A DNA stretch of 64,000 bases from a virus. Taxonomy: Duplodnaviria; Caudoviricetes. The stretch lies in IMG/VR virus record IMGVR_UViG_3300025018_000001; one strand, written 5' to 3'. The translations under genes were made by a program, and so were the position numbers. The notes under the pieces are model-generated. The model worked only from the letters and a program-made list of their open reading frames with translations, had not been told where the DNA came from and did not search any database. This document shows positions 8,471-16,098 of this stretch, in pieces (position 1 is the first letter of the stretch; every line of letters begins with the position of its first letter).

Positions 8471-10405
8471 TTAATCTTGTTTAGCAGTACATTTATCACA
8501 TACTAGTCTAGTACCATAATGGTCGTCCGCCTCAAATCTCATTATATTGTGTTCACATTTTTTACCACTTGCATCCTTTTCTTCACATTCATGCTTTATC
8601 CAACAAGGGCCTATTACTGGTGCAGTACGCATGGGCATAACAGGAAAATAATGATTAAAGGCGTCATCCACAGAACTTACAACTATCTTAGCCACCTCAT
8701 CTGCATGAGTTATAGGTGCCTCTACAACAATCTCATCATGTACCGACAATAACAAACGTGCACCAACATCTAATTGTTCTAAACGTTCAACACATAATAC
8801 CATTGCTAATTTAATAGTATCACTGTCGGAACCCTGAATCTTATGATTTTTAGCAGCACGTTCTACCCCACCTATTATCTTCTTCCTTGCTGGGTCACTC
8901 ATAGGTGGTATATTGTAAAAACGGTGTCTACCTGTAATAGTAGTACTACTATGTGTACGTACTGCGTCCTTTGCTGCTTTAGTAAGCCAAGTATTCAAAA
9001 CATTATTGATTCTAAAATATTTATCAATAAGCTTTTGAGCTGTATCCTTAGGTATACCTAAACGTTTACCCAAACCAACAGCAGAAATACCATAAGCAAG
9101 TCCAAATGAAATAGCTTTGGAGGCTTTACGTTGTTCAGGAGTAACCTTATCATATGGCACTTCATAAATTCTAGCAGCGTTTACTGTATGTAAATCTAAA
9201 CCTTTCTCATATGTGTCTAAAAAGTTAGGCTCTCCTGACATAGCACCCATAATAACTAATTCTGCAGAGTTCTGATCCACAGTTATTAAACACATTTTAT
9301 CGTCTGCTATAAAACAAGATCTAAACTTTTGCTTTCCTGGTATATTCTGTAAATTAGGGTTGTTAGAAGACATCCTTCCTGTCGATACCATCTGCTTAAA
9401 CTGTGTATGTAATCTTCCTGTTTTAGGGTGTATACGCTCAATTAAAGCTTCACCATAAGTATTTACTAACTTGGCATTTTGTCTGTAAGATAATAAATCA
9501 TCTACAACTTTATGACCAGAATATTTTTTTAACGCCTCGTTTGCAGTGGACTCAACCTTAATACCAAGTTTGTTTAAGGCTGCCTTAAGTTGAACAGGGC
9601 TTGCAATATTAACTGTTGGTACACCAAATAACGATAACTGGTCTTGTGTGACTTGTAAGCTATCCTCAATATTCTTTTTGAACCCTTCAAGCTCACTAGC
9701 AAATTCATCCATCATAAGACGCCACTTTGTTACATCTAATTTTACACCATTTAATTCCATCTCACACAGTGGTTTTATAAAAGCCATTTCTAGTGCTAGT
9801 ACCTCTTGCAAATTGTACTTCTCTATTCTTTGCATTTGCATACTACGTATTATATCTAATACACAAACATCATTTGCGGCATATGCAACCTGTTTGTCAG
9901 TAAATTCTTGGTCATAAACTTCAAAAGTCCCACGAGGTTCTTTATTCATAACCATTCCTAAGTACTTTTCTACTAATTTAGCTAAACTAAAACCAGATAC
10001 TTGCACACCTAGATACATAAGAATTTCTGCTAGCATTGTATCATAAACATTTTCAATATAAAAACCATACTGAGACTTTAAAACTTTCATGTCATAGCTA
10101 GCATTTTGAAGTATCTTTAATTGCTTTTTACTTGTTAAAATTTTCTTAAATAAACTACCATGAATAGTAATCCCAGGTAAGTCACTTCTTACATCAAATA
10201 CGTAAGCCATATTAGGCACACCTATTTGCAATAGGGTAGTCTTACATCTAAAGGGGTCTAAAGATGTGCCCTCGGTATCTACCTCCAATATTGGCTGGGT
10301 ATATAAAAAATCGAGTACCTCTCTAGCTCTAGCTTCATCTTTTATATATTCATAGTTTGGTGTAGGTAGTTCAGGTAACTCAACAAATGCTTCTAAATTA
10401 TTCAT
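8471..10405 (-). CDS. polA: Family A DNA polymerase with 3'-5' exonuclease (no 5'-3' exonuclease)
   Basis: Exo 'VDTEG', 'NASYDM', 'YAAND'; polymerase 'TGRMSSNNPNLQNIP', motif A 'VDQNSAEL', motif B 'KAISFGLAYG', motif C 'SVHDE'. Confidence 0.95.
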   Translation of the reverse strand: MNNLEAFVELPELPTPNYEYIKDEARAREVLDFLYTQPILEVDTEGTSLDPFRCKTTLLQIGVPNMAYVFDVRSDLPGITIHGSLFKKILTSKKQLKILQNASYDMKVLKSQYGFYIENVYDTMLAEILMYLGVQVSGFSLAKLVEKYLGMVMNKEPRGTFEVYDQEFTDKQVAYAANDVCVLDIIRSMQMQRIEKYNLQEVLALEMAFIKPLCEMELNGVKLDVTKWRLMMDEFASELEGFKKNIEDSLQVTQDQLSLFGVPTVNIASPVQLKAALNKLGIKVESTANEALKKYSGHKVVDDLLSYRQNAKLVNTYGEALIERIHPKTGRLHTQFKQMVSTGRMSSNNPNLQNIPGKQKFRSCFIADDKMCLITVDQNSAELVIMGAMSGEPNFLDTYEKGLDLHTVNAARIYEVPYDKVTPEQRKASKAISFGLAYGISAVGLGKRLGIPKDTAQKLIDKYFRINNVLNTWLTKAAKDAVRTHSSTTITGRHRFYNIPPMSDPARKKIIGGVERAAKNHKIQGSDSDTIKLAMVLCVERLEQLDVGARLLLSVHDEIVVEAPITHADEVAKIVVSSVDDAFNHYFPVMPMRTAPVIGPCWIKHECEEKDASGKKCEHNIMRFEADDHYGTRLVCDKCTAKQD

Positions 10406-10406
10406 T

Positions 10407-11471
10407 CTAACTCCCTAATAAAGTTACTACTTTAAACATTATATTATAAAACATGTGTTCTGCAGGTTTACCTGTAAGATAGATTGGTGTTGTTAATTGT
10501 GATAAAGCGTTTGAAATATTCTTACCACTAGTTAAGTTGCTTCGTTTTAGACAGCCCACAAAAAAGCCGCATACAGCAATACGTATACTCTCTACGGGGT
10601 ATTTCTTGGCTAACTTCTCAAACAATACACAGGATTCTTTAAAATCTCGTTTAATTAATGTCTTACATAGATGTATAGTTTCTGCATCATCTTCATCTAA
10701 GATAATACCTGTTAGTAACTCTTTAACATTAGTTAAATTCCAAGAACCTTCTGTTATTACAGAGTCTAAACAATTAAGCGCTTTTCTAGGTACACCAAAA
10801 GATAAGTCACAAATATACTTTAATACATCAATGTCATAGTTTACCCCTTCAAATTGAGCTACGTTTTCTAACATTTGCATTATCTCTTCAGGAGATAAAG
10901 GTTTCAGATGCAATATCTTACACCTATCTAGAAACGGATCGTCATCCGTATTTTTACTTGTTAGTTTCTCTGGCTCATTAGTACAAAATATAATATACAC
11001 ATGTGAGTAACAATCTTCCATACGCTTTAGTAATAAAGCTTGTGCTGCTGGAGATAATCTATGCGCTTCATCAAATATTAGAACTTTATGTTTAGAGCTA
11101 AATGGTGAAGAGGATAAATTCTCAACTAACCCATCTACGGCGTCTTTACCGTTGTTACTACCTACATTTATTTCATTAACATCCATACTATTTGAATTTA
11201 AAATAGCGGTACAAGAAGAACAAGTAAGACATGGTACTGTATCTTTAGAATTTTCACAATTTAAACTCAGTGCTAAAATCCTAGCTAAAGTAGTCTTACC
11301 TAAACCAGCATCACCTGTTAGTAATAAAATATGAGGTAGTGTACCTTTTATAAGATAATTACTGACCAATGTTTTAACAGAAGGACTTCCTAAAAATTCT
11401 TCTACTGTACAAGGCCTGTACACAGTTAAAAAACCATTTGCGCCTGTCCTTGTTTCTCTTCTTATTAACAT
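10407..11471 (-). CDS. dnaX: DNA polymerase III gamma/tau-like clamp loader ATPase
   Basis: 'YRPCTVEEFLG', Walker A 'GDAGLGKTT', Zn 'CEN...PCLTCSSC', 'DEAHRLS..AQALLLK..E', 'DRC' arginine finger, 'GVPRKAL'. Confidence 0.9.
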   Translation of the reverse strand: MLIRRETRTGANGFLTVYRPCTVEEFLGSPSVKTLVSNYLIKGTLPHILLLTGDAGLGKTTLARILALSLNCENSKDTVPCLTCSSCTAILNSNSMDVNEINVGSNNGKDAVDGLVENLSSSPFSSKHKVLIFDEAHRLSPAAQALLLKRMEDCYSHVYIIFCTNEPEKLTSKNTDDDPFLDRCKILHLKPLSPEEIMQMLENVAQFEGVNYDIDVLKYICDLSFGVPRKALNCLDSVITEGSWNLTNVKELLTGIILDEDDAETIHLCKTLIKRDFKESCVLFEKLAKKYPVESIRIAVCGFFVGCLKRSNLTSGKNISNALSQLTTPIYLTGKPAEHMFYNIMFKVVTLLGS

Positions 11472-11905
11472 AAGTACTCCTTTCGATTTAAATATAATTC
11501 AGTTAAGATACCTCTACCTGAGGTAGTTTTAAATTGTTTAAACCCCAAATCTTTGTTAGTACAAAAAGAATTAGGTATCATACGCATACAAGGTATATCT
11601 GATATAAAGCTTCCAATATAAACAGCGTCATCAGCAGTATAATTGTATTTGCGTAAAATTTCAAGTAAAATATCACGTTTATTTTTTGGTGCCCAGTAAA
11701 AAGGTATATATTTTCTTGTACAGAGATTATAATTAACATTGTTGTCGGCAGATAAGAACACAAACTGGTAGTCGGACTTCAACTTGTTTATAGCTTCAAA
11801 GTCACCAATGTAAAAATCCTTAAACAGTGTTATACCTATGTTATCAATTCTGCTACATCCAGAAGTAATAACTCCATCTATTTCTGAAATTATTATTTTT
11901 GTCAT
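11465..11905 (-). CDS. KdsC/YrbI-like HAD-family protein (degenerate active site)
   Basis: 'EIDGVITSG...KDFYIGD..AI..L...FLS...K..AVYIGSFISDIPCM' follows the KdsC layout. Confidence 0.7.
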   Translation of the reverse strand: MTKIIISEIDGVITSGCSRIDNIGITLFKDFYIGDFEAINKLKSDYQFVFLSADNNVNYNLCTRKYIPFYWAPKNKRDILLEILRKYNYTADDAVYIGSFISDIPCMRMIPNSFCTNKDLGFKQFKTTSGRGILTELYLNRKEYLC

Positions 11906-12462
11906 TTTTTACCTACTATTAATATGTCATTTGGGATATTTAGTATACTACTGGTGGGTGTCTTAATAAAATGTTTAACTGTACAACCTGAATTATTTAT
12001 AATAGCCCTCCAAAGCCCTGAAGATCTGTGTCTACAAGAGTCCTCTGTATACGAGGATTGTAAGTCACCAGTAATTATCATAAAACCACCAGACTTTAAA
12101 TAAGTGCACAAATTTTCTAGAGCCTTCTGCCACATAAAGTCATTTAATTCATAAGATAGAGTGCTTAATACATGTATTACGTCATACTGTCCTATAAATG
12201 GGCCTATGCTTTCATAAAGTTCTTTATCGAGTATGTCATAATTGTACACATCAATAAATTTATTAACACAAGGTGGGTTCTTATCTAAACTCGTAACCAA
12301 AGTAGCCTGTACAGTATTTAAATAAAAGTCAACCCAATATTCCTCTGTAGTTGTATCCAGTACACACAAATCATCGAGGTGGGTACCACAATATTTATAC
12401 AACATTTTAAATATATAGTTCTCTATTAGATTATTGTAGTAGTTACTGAACCATCTATTCAT
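11902..12462 (-). CDS. Putative class I SAM-dependent methyltransferase
   Basis: 'YDVIHVLSTLSY...ALENLCTYLKSGGFMII' class I MTase C-terminal motifs; motif I is degenerate. Confidence 0.55.
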   Translation of the reverse strand: MNRWFSNYYNNLIENYIFKMLYKYCGTHLDDLCVLDTTTEEYWVDFYLNTVQATLVTSLDKNPPCVNKFIDVYNYDILDKELYESIGPFIGQYDVIHVLSTLSYELNDFMWQKALENLCTYLKSGGFMIITGDLQSSYTEDSCRHRSSGLWRAIINNSGCTVKHFIKTPTSSILNIPNDILIVGKK

Positions 12463-12475
12463 TTAATCTCCCAAT

Positions 12476-12504
12476 ATATTAGCATAGAATTATAATTAAA
12501 GCAA
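12476..12504 (-). promoter_or_regulatory. Possible sigma70-type internal promoter
   Basis: Minus strand TTGCTT-N17-TAATAT with TG extended -10, just upstream of the 186-aa MTase. AT-rich context lowers specificity. Confidence 0.4.
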
Positions 12505-12633
12505 CAAAAATTTACTTGTGTAGAACAATTATTTAAATTGCAGTTAAAAACGCTTATAATGCCCCGTAGTAGAGTTTTAATACTAAAGATATGTCAGTAC
12601 ACCTTTTTTAATAAAACACCTATAAAAGACACG

Positions 12634-12667
12634 TGAGGTACCTATACGTTATGCATAGAGTACCTCA
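12634..12667 (-). terminator. Stem-loop after MTase, possible intrinsic terminator
   Basis: UGAGGUAC-U-CUAUGC-AUAAC-GUAUAG-GUACCUCA (one G-U pair), followed by CGUGUCUUUU, right after the stop at 12674. Confidence 0.55.
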
Positions 12668-12673
12668 TTTACT

Positions 12674-13153
12674 TTACTTAATAACTTTAAGAATAAAGTT
12701 AGAATGTACACTTAAAGTACTAATTAATTTTAAGCCTACTTCAGAACACAGTTCTTGTAACCATTTAGTGTTAAAAATAACGTAATGAAAATTTCCTGGG
12801 TAGTCTTGACCTCCAAAAATATGATAAGACACAAATTTAGCATCTTTATTATCTTTGTAGTGCTCAGCAACCCACTCCATATCTGGTGTACGTATTTCCA
12901 AAGTTCCTCCTAATTTTAAGACCCTGTACCATTCAGTTAACAAGGTTAGAGTTTTACTTATTGGAAAATGTTCTATAATATCACTAGCTAATAGGTAGTC
13001 AAAATAATTATCTTCAAACGGAAGTACTTCTGCAGAGCTGACTACATCAACTACACTTAAATCTGAACGTTCATCTAAATTTATACATTTAAATCCTTCG
13101 GGATATTCTGTAAATGTCCTGTCACCACAACCAATATTCAATGTCTTTTTCAA
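12674..13153 (-). CDS. Class I SAM-dependent methyltransferase (Methyltransf_11-like)
   Basis: 'LNIGCG', 'LPFEDNYFDYLLASDIIEHF', 'EWYRVLKLGGTLEIRTPD'. Probable TTG start at 13153 after GAGGT (ORF track gives 13180). Confidence 0.88.
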   Translation of the reverse strand: MKKTLNIGCGDRTFTEYPEGFKCINLDERSDLSVVDVVSSAEVLPFEDNYFDYLLASDIIEHFPISKTLTLLTEWYRVLKLGGTLEIRTPDMEWVAEHYKDNKDAKFVSYHIFGGQDYPGNFHYVIFNTKWLQELCSEVGLKLISTLSVHSNFILKVIK

Positions 13154-13169
13154 ATTAACCTCTAATAAA

Positions 13170-14291
13170 TTAAATTTCAACTGCTTCTATAAAGATCTTT
13201 CCTATAATGTCATCAGAGAAATTACTTATAAGCTCCTTCTTTAATTGGTCACCTCTACGTTTTGCTGTTAACTTATCTTCAAATACACATTGTGCTAAAG
13301 ATGCCCCATGTGTTGGGGATGCTTCTGCCCAGTTCATCGACCCTAAGTACCATGGGGAGAAAGGCATACCTGACACAGGTGTTTCTACGTAGTTAACTAA
13401 GTAACTATTATGACTATTTAAGTACTGTAAAACACCACCATAACCTGTCACTATAACTGGATTACCTGCGGCCCCAGCATTAGCCGTACTCATTCCCCAA
13501 CCTTCTGCCCTGTCTAAAGCTATATAACAATCACACCTTTTATGTAGTGCAGTTATTTCCTCTTCACTCAACAAATCTAAAATCAAATAGATTGGTGGGT
13601 ACTTAGGTAGTACAATCATCTGTTTCATACGTTTAATAGTTGCTCGAATTGCATCTCTGTCTGCATCAGCGTAGCTACTACCGTATGTTTTTAAAACTAG
13701 CGCAACATTTTCATCATTCTGAAAAGCCGACCAATATGCTTTTATAGTGGCCAAAGGATTTTTACGTTCAGTCCATTGATTAATATTATAAAACAAAAAG
13801 GTATCTTTGTCAGGTATGTTTAATATATTACTACAATCTTCATTTTTTGTAAAGTTAAAAGTGTCCACCACATGTGGTACTACATAAATAGGTATAGTAA
13901 CACCACTACTTTCAAATACTTCCTTATTCCATGAACAAGGTACAAAAACTTTGTCTACATTGGTGTTTATATATTTAGGCCATTCTGGATGTAAATGGTC
14001 TGTCTCCCACACAGTGTACCCTATATTTATTTTATCTTCCTCACGGTAACGTTCCCAGAATTCTGGAGTTGTATGTATAATAACAGTGTCATACTCAATA
14101 TCTTTATTAAGCAACTCAGAAATAATTGAAGAAGCCTCTCCTAAATCTGGTCTAGCTTCCTCAAAAGATATGGGCGCTATTGTTAAAGGCACACCTAATT
14201 TATGTAATGCAAGTATGTAGCCTCTAGCCGCTTTAGCGTAACCAGAATTATCAAGACATGGTGCTATATACTTTATCCCTTGTATCCCCAT
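13170..14291 (-). CDS. GT-B fold glycosyltransferase (GT4-like)
   Basis: 'SGYAKAAR', 'YTVWETD', 'VFVPCSWNKEVF', 'ERKN', 'DCYIALDRAEGWGM...GNPVIVTGYGG'. Confidence 0.88.
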   Translation of the reverse strand: MGIQGIKYIAPCLDNSGYAKAARGYILALHKLGVPLTIAPISFEEARPDLGEASSIISELLNKDIEYDTVIIHTTPEFWERYREEDKINIGYTVWETDHLHPEWPKYINTNVDKVFVPCSWNKEVFESSGVTIPIYVVPHVVDTFNFTKNEDCSNILNIPDKDTFLFYNINQWTERKNPLATIKAYWSAFQNDENVALVLKTYGSSYADADRDAIRATIKRMKQMIVLPKYPPIYLILDLLSEEEITALHKRCDCYIALDRAEGWGMSTANAGAAGNPVIVTGYGGVLQYLNSHNSYLVNYVETPVSGMPFSPWYLGSMNWAEASPTHGASLAQCVFEDKLTAKRRGDQLKKELISNFSDDIIGKIFIEAVEI

Positions 14292-14688
14292 ATAAATTCT
14301 CCTTTAAATCATTATTGTAATATAAACGTATTACGTCGTCTGTAGGTGACACTATATCAGAAAAACATAATTCATATAAAGGCCAGATCTCTACCTGCTC
14401 GTCAGTCTTAGAAACGGCCTTTTGTATAGCTGTTGTCTGTATTGTGAAGAAGTGCACATTAAAATTAACATTGTCAGTAAAGTTATCTACTAACAACCAA
14501 TTATATAATAGTAAACCGCACTCCTCCTCACATTCACGTATCATAGCTGCATAAGGTGTTTCATCTACTTCTATTTTACCACCCACACCATTTAACTTTC
14601 CTATTTGCAGCTCAGGTCTTCGTTTACGTATCAGTAAAACATTGTCGTATGTTTCATCAAAAATTACACCAACTACGTATTGTTGCAT
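14251..14688 (-). CDS. Nudix hydrolase
   Basis: Nudix box 'GGKIEVDETPYAAMIRECEEECGL'. Confidence 0.92.
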   Translation of the reverse strand: MQQYVVGVIFDETYDNVLLIRKRRPELQIGKLNGVGGKIEVDETPYAAMIRECEEECGLLLYNWLLVDNFTDNVNFNVHFFTIQTTAIQKAVSKTDEQVEIWPLYELCFSDIVSPTDDVIRLYYNNDLKENLYGDTRDKVYSTMS

Positions 14689-15167
14689 ATTATCTCCTTT
14701 CTTTTGTAAATTCTAAAATCAAGTATACCACTAATTCTACTACTTTGCAACTCCCAAATATTTAAATCTATGTCTTGCCAATAAATATCTCCGACATGTT
14801 CAGCATTGATCCTAGTAATATCTAATACATGCGCATAAGAAAGATAGGCATTAAATATTTCTGACCCACCAATTACATATATTTTATCGTATACACTAAA
14901 ATTAGTAATAACATCTTCTAAATTATTAAATTTGTAAGCCCTACAGCCAGTACTATAGTTTAAGTCACGTGTTAGTACAATATTAGGCCTATTGGGTAGT
15001 GGCTGCACAGATAAAGACTCCCACGTCTTTCTGCCCATAACTATTGGGTAACCTGTAGTTACTTCTTTAAACCTCTTTATATCTTCTGAGTAATGCCATG
15101 GTATACTATTATTACAACCCATTACATTGTTGTTAGCTATAGCTAATATAAATATAACTTGTGTCAT
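14673..15167 (-). CDS. folA: Dihydrofolate reductase
   Basis: 'NNVMG.NNSIPW..SEDIKRFK', 'MGRKTWESL..PLPNRPNIVLT', 'VIGGSEI'. Confidence 0.95.
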   Translation of the reverse strand: MTQVIFILAIANNNVMGCNNSIPWHYSEDIKRFKEVTTGYPIVMGRKTWESLSVQPLPNRPNIVLTRDLNYSTGCRAYKFNNLEDVITNFSVYDKIYVIGGSEIFNAYLSYAHVLDITRINAEHVGDIYWQDIDLNIWELQSSRISGILDFRIYKRKEIICNNT

Positions 15168-15176
15168 AAGTATCTC

Positions 15177-16028
15177 TTACACACTAAAAGGAAAGTTGAT
15201 TCCTGGATGACAGTTGTAGCCTTCAACTATAAAATCATTAGCAGTTACCCAAGTTTCCAAGTCTTTTAAAGTTTTTATATCTGGATTAATCTTTATTTTA
15301 GGTAGAGGTAGAGGCTCACGCTTTAATTGAACATCCTGAATCAAGTTTAGTTGATTTTCATATATATGAGCATTTATAATTTTATGAAAAGCTTTAGCTG
15401 GTTTAAGCCCAGTTATTTGGGCCATAACCATTAAGAACCATGCTACTTGTAGATGATTGAAAACTAAACCTAATGGGACATCACAGGAACGTTGATAAGA
15501 TGTTAGGTATAACTCTCCATCTAAGATACTAAAGGTATGGGTATGCATACACGAGTTAAGACACGCCCTATCTCTCTCGCCTGGATTCATAAAAGTCATT
15601 ATTTCACTACGATTATCTATTCCCTGTTTTAAATCATTATACACATTTAGTAATTGGTCTATCTTATTACCTTCAGGTGTTATCCATCCTCTGCCTTGGG
15701 CGCCATAACATCTACCCATATCGTCCTCACCTTTCCTCCAAGGATTAGCTAACCAAGCTTCATTATCGTTTGCATTAGCTGTCCATGTGTTACACCCTAT
15801 TGCCCTAAATTGTGCTGCACTTGTATATCCACGTAAGTATCCTAACATCTCTGAAATAGCTTGCTTCCAAAAAACCTTTCTGGTAGTTAGCATAGGGAAC
15901 TCTCCCTCACTAACATCATATTCGAAAGAAGCATCTATAACTGTTAGGCACCTATTACCAGTACGAATATTATCTACCCATTTACCTTCACTGACTATTC
16001 TATTACATAGGTCCAAATACTGTTTCAT
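15177..16028 (-). CDS. thyA: Thymidylate synthase
   Basis: 'RTG', 'LTTRK', 'YGAQ.R', catalytic 'SCMH', '[14 protein letters not shown]', 'NAHIYENQ'. Confidence 0.96.
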   Translation of the reverse strand: MKQYLDLCNRIVSEGKWVDNIRTGNRCLTVIDASFEYDVSEGEFPMLTTRKVFWKQAISEMLGYLRGYTSAAQFRAIGCNTWTANANDNEAWLANPWRKGEDDMGRCYGAQGRGWITPEGNKIDQLLNVYNDLKQGIDNRSEIMTFMNPGERDRACLNSCMHTHTFSILDGELYLTSYQRSCDVPLGLVFNHLQVAWFLMVMAQITGLKPAKAFHKIINAHIYENQLNLIQDVQLKREPLPLPKIKINPDIKTLKDLETWVTANDFIVEGYNCHPGINFPFSV

Positions 16029-16048
16029 AATTATACTCCTTAAATTAC

Positions 16049-16081
16049 TTCAGAGGACAAGTAGTTTACTTGCCCCCTGAA
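16049..16081 (-). other. 15-bp RNA hairpin upstream of thyA RBS
   Basis: UUCAGGGGGCAAGUA-AAC-UACUUGUCCUCUGAA. Two G-U pairs form only on the minus (coding) strand; no U-tract. Confidence 0.7.
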
Positions 16082-16098
16082 TAATATGACTACTTATT

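Noticed and set aside
15177-16028. ThyA as a dUMP/dCMP hydroxymethylase for DNA hypermodification
   Set aside because: It keeps canonical dTMP-synthase motifs, including the Asn in 'LGLVFN', and sits next to DHFR, which hydroxymethylases do not need.
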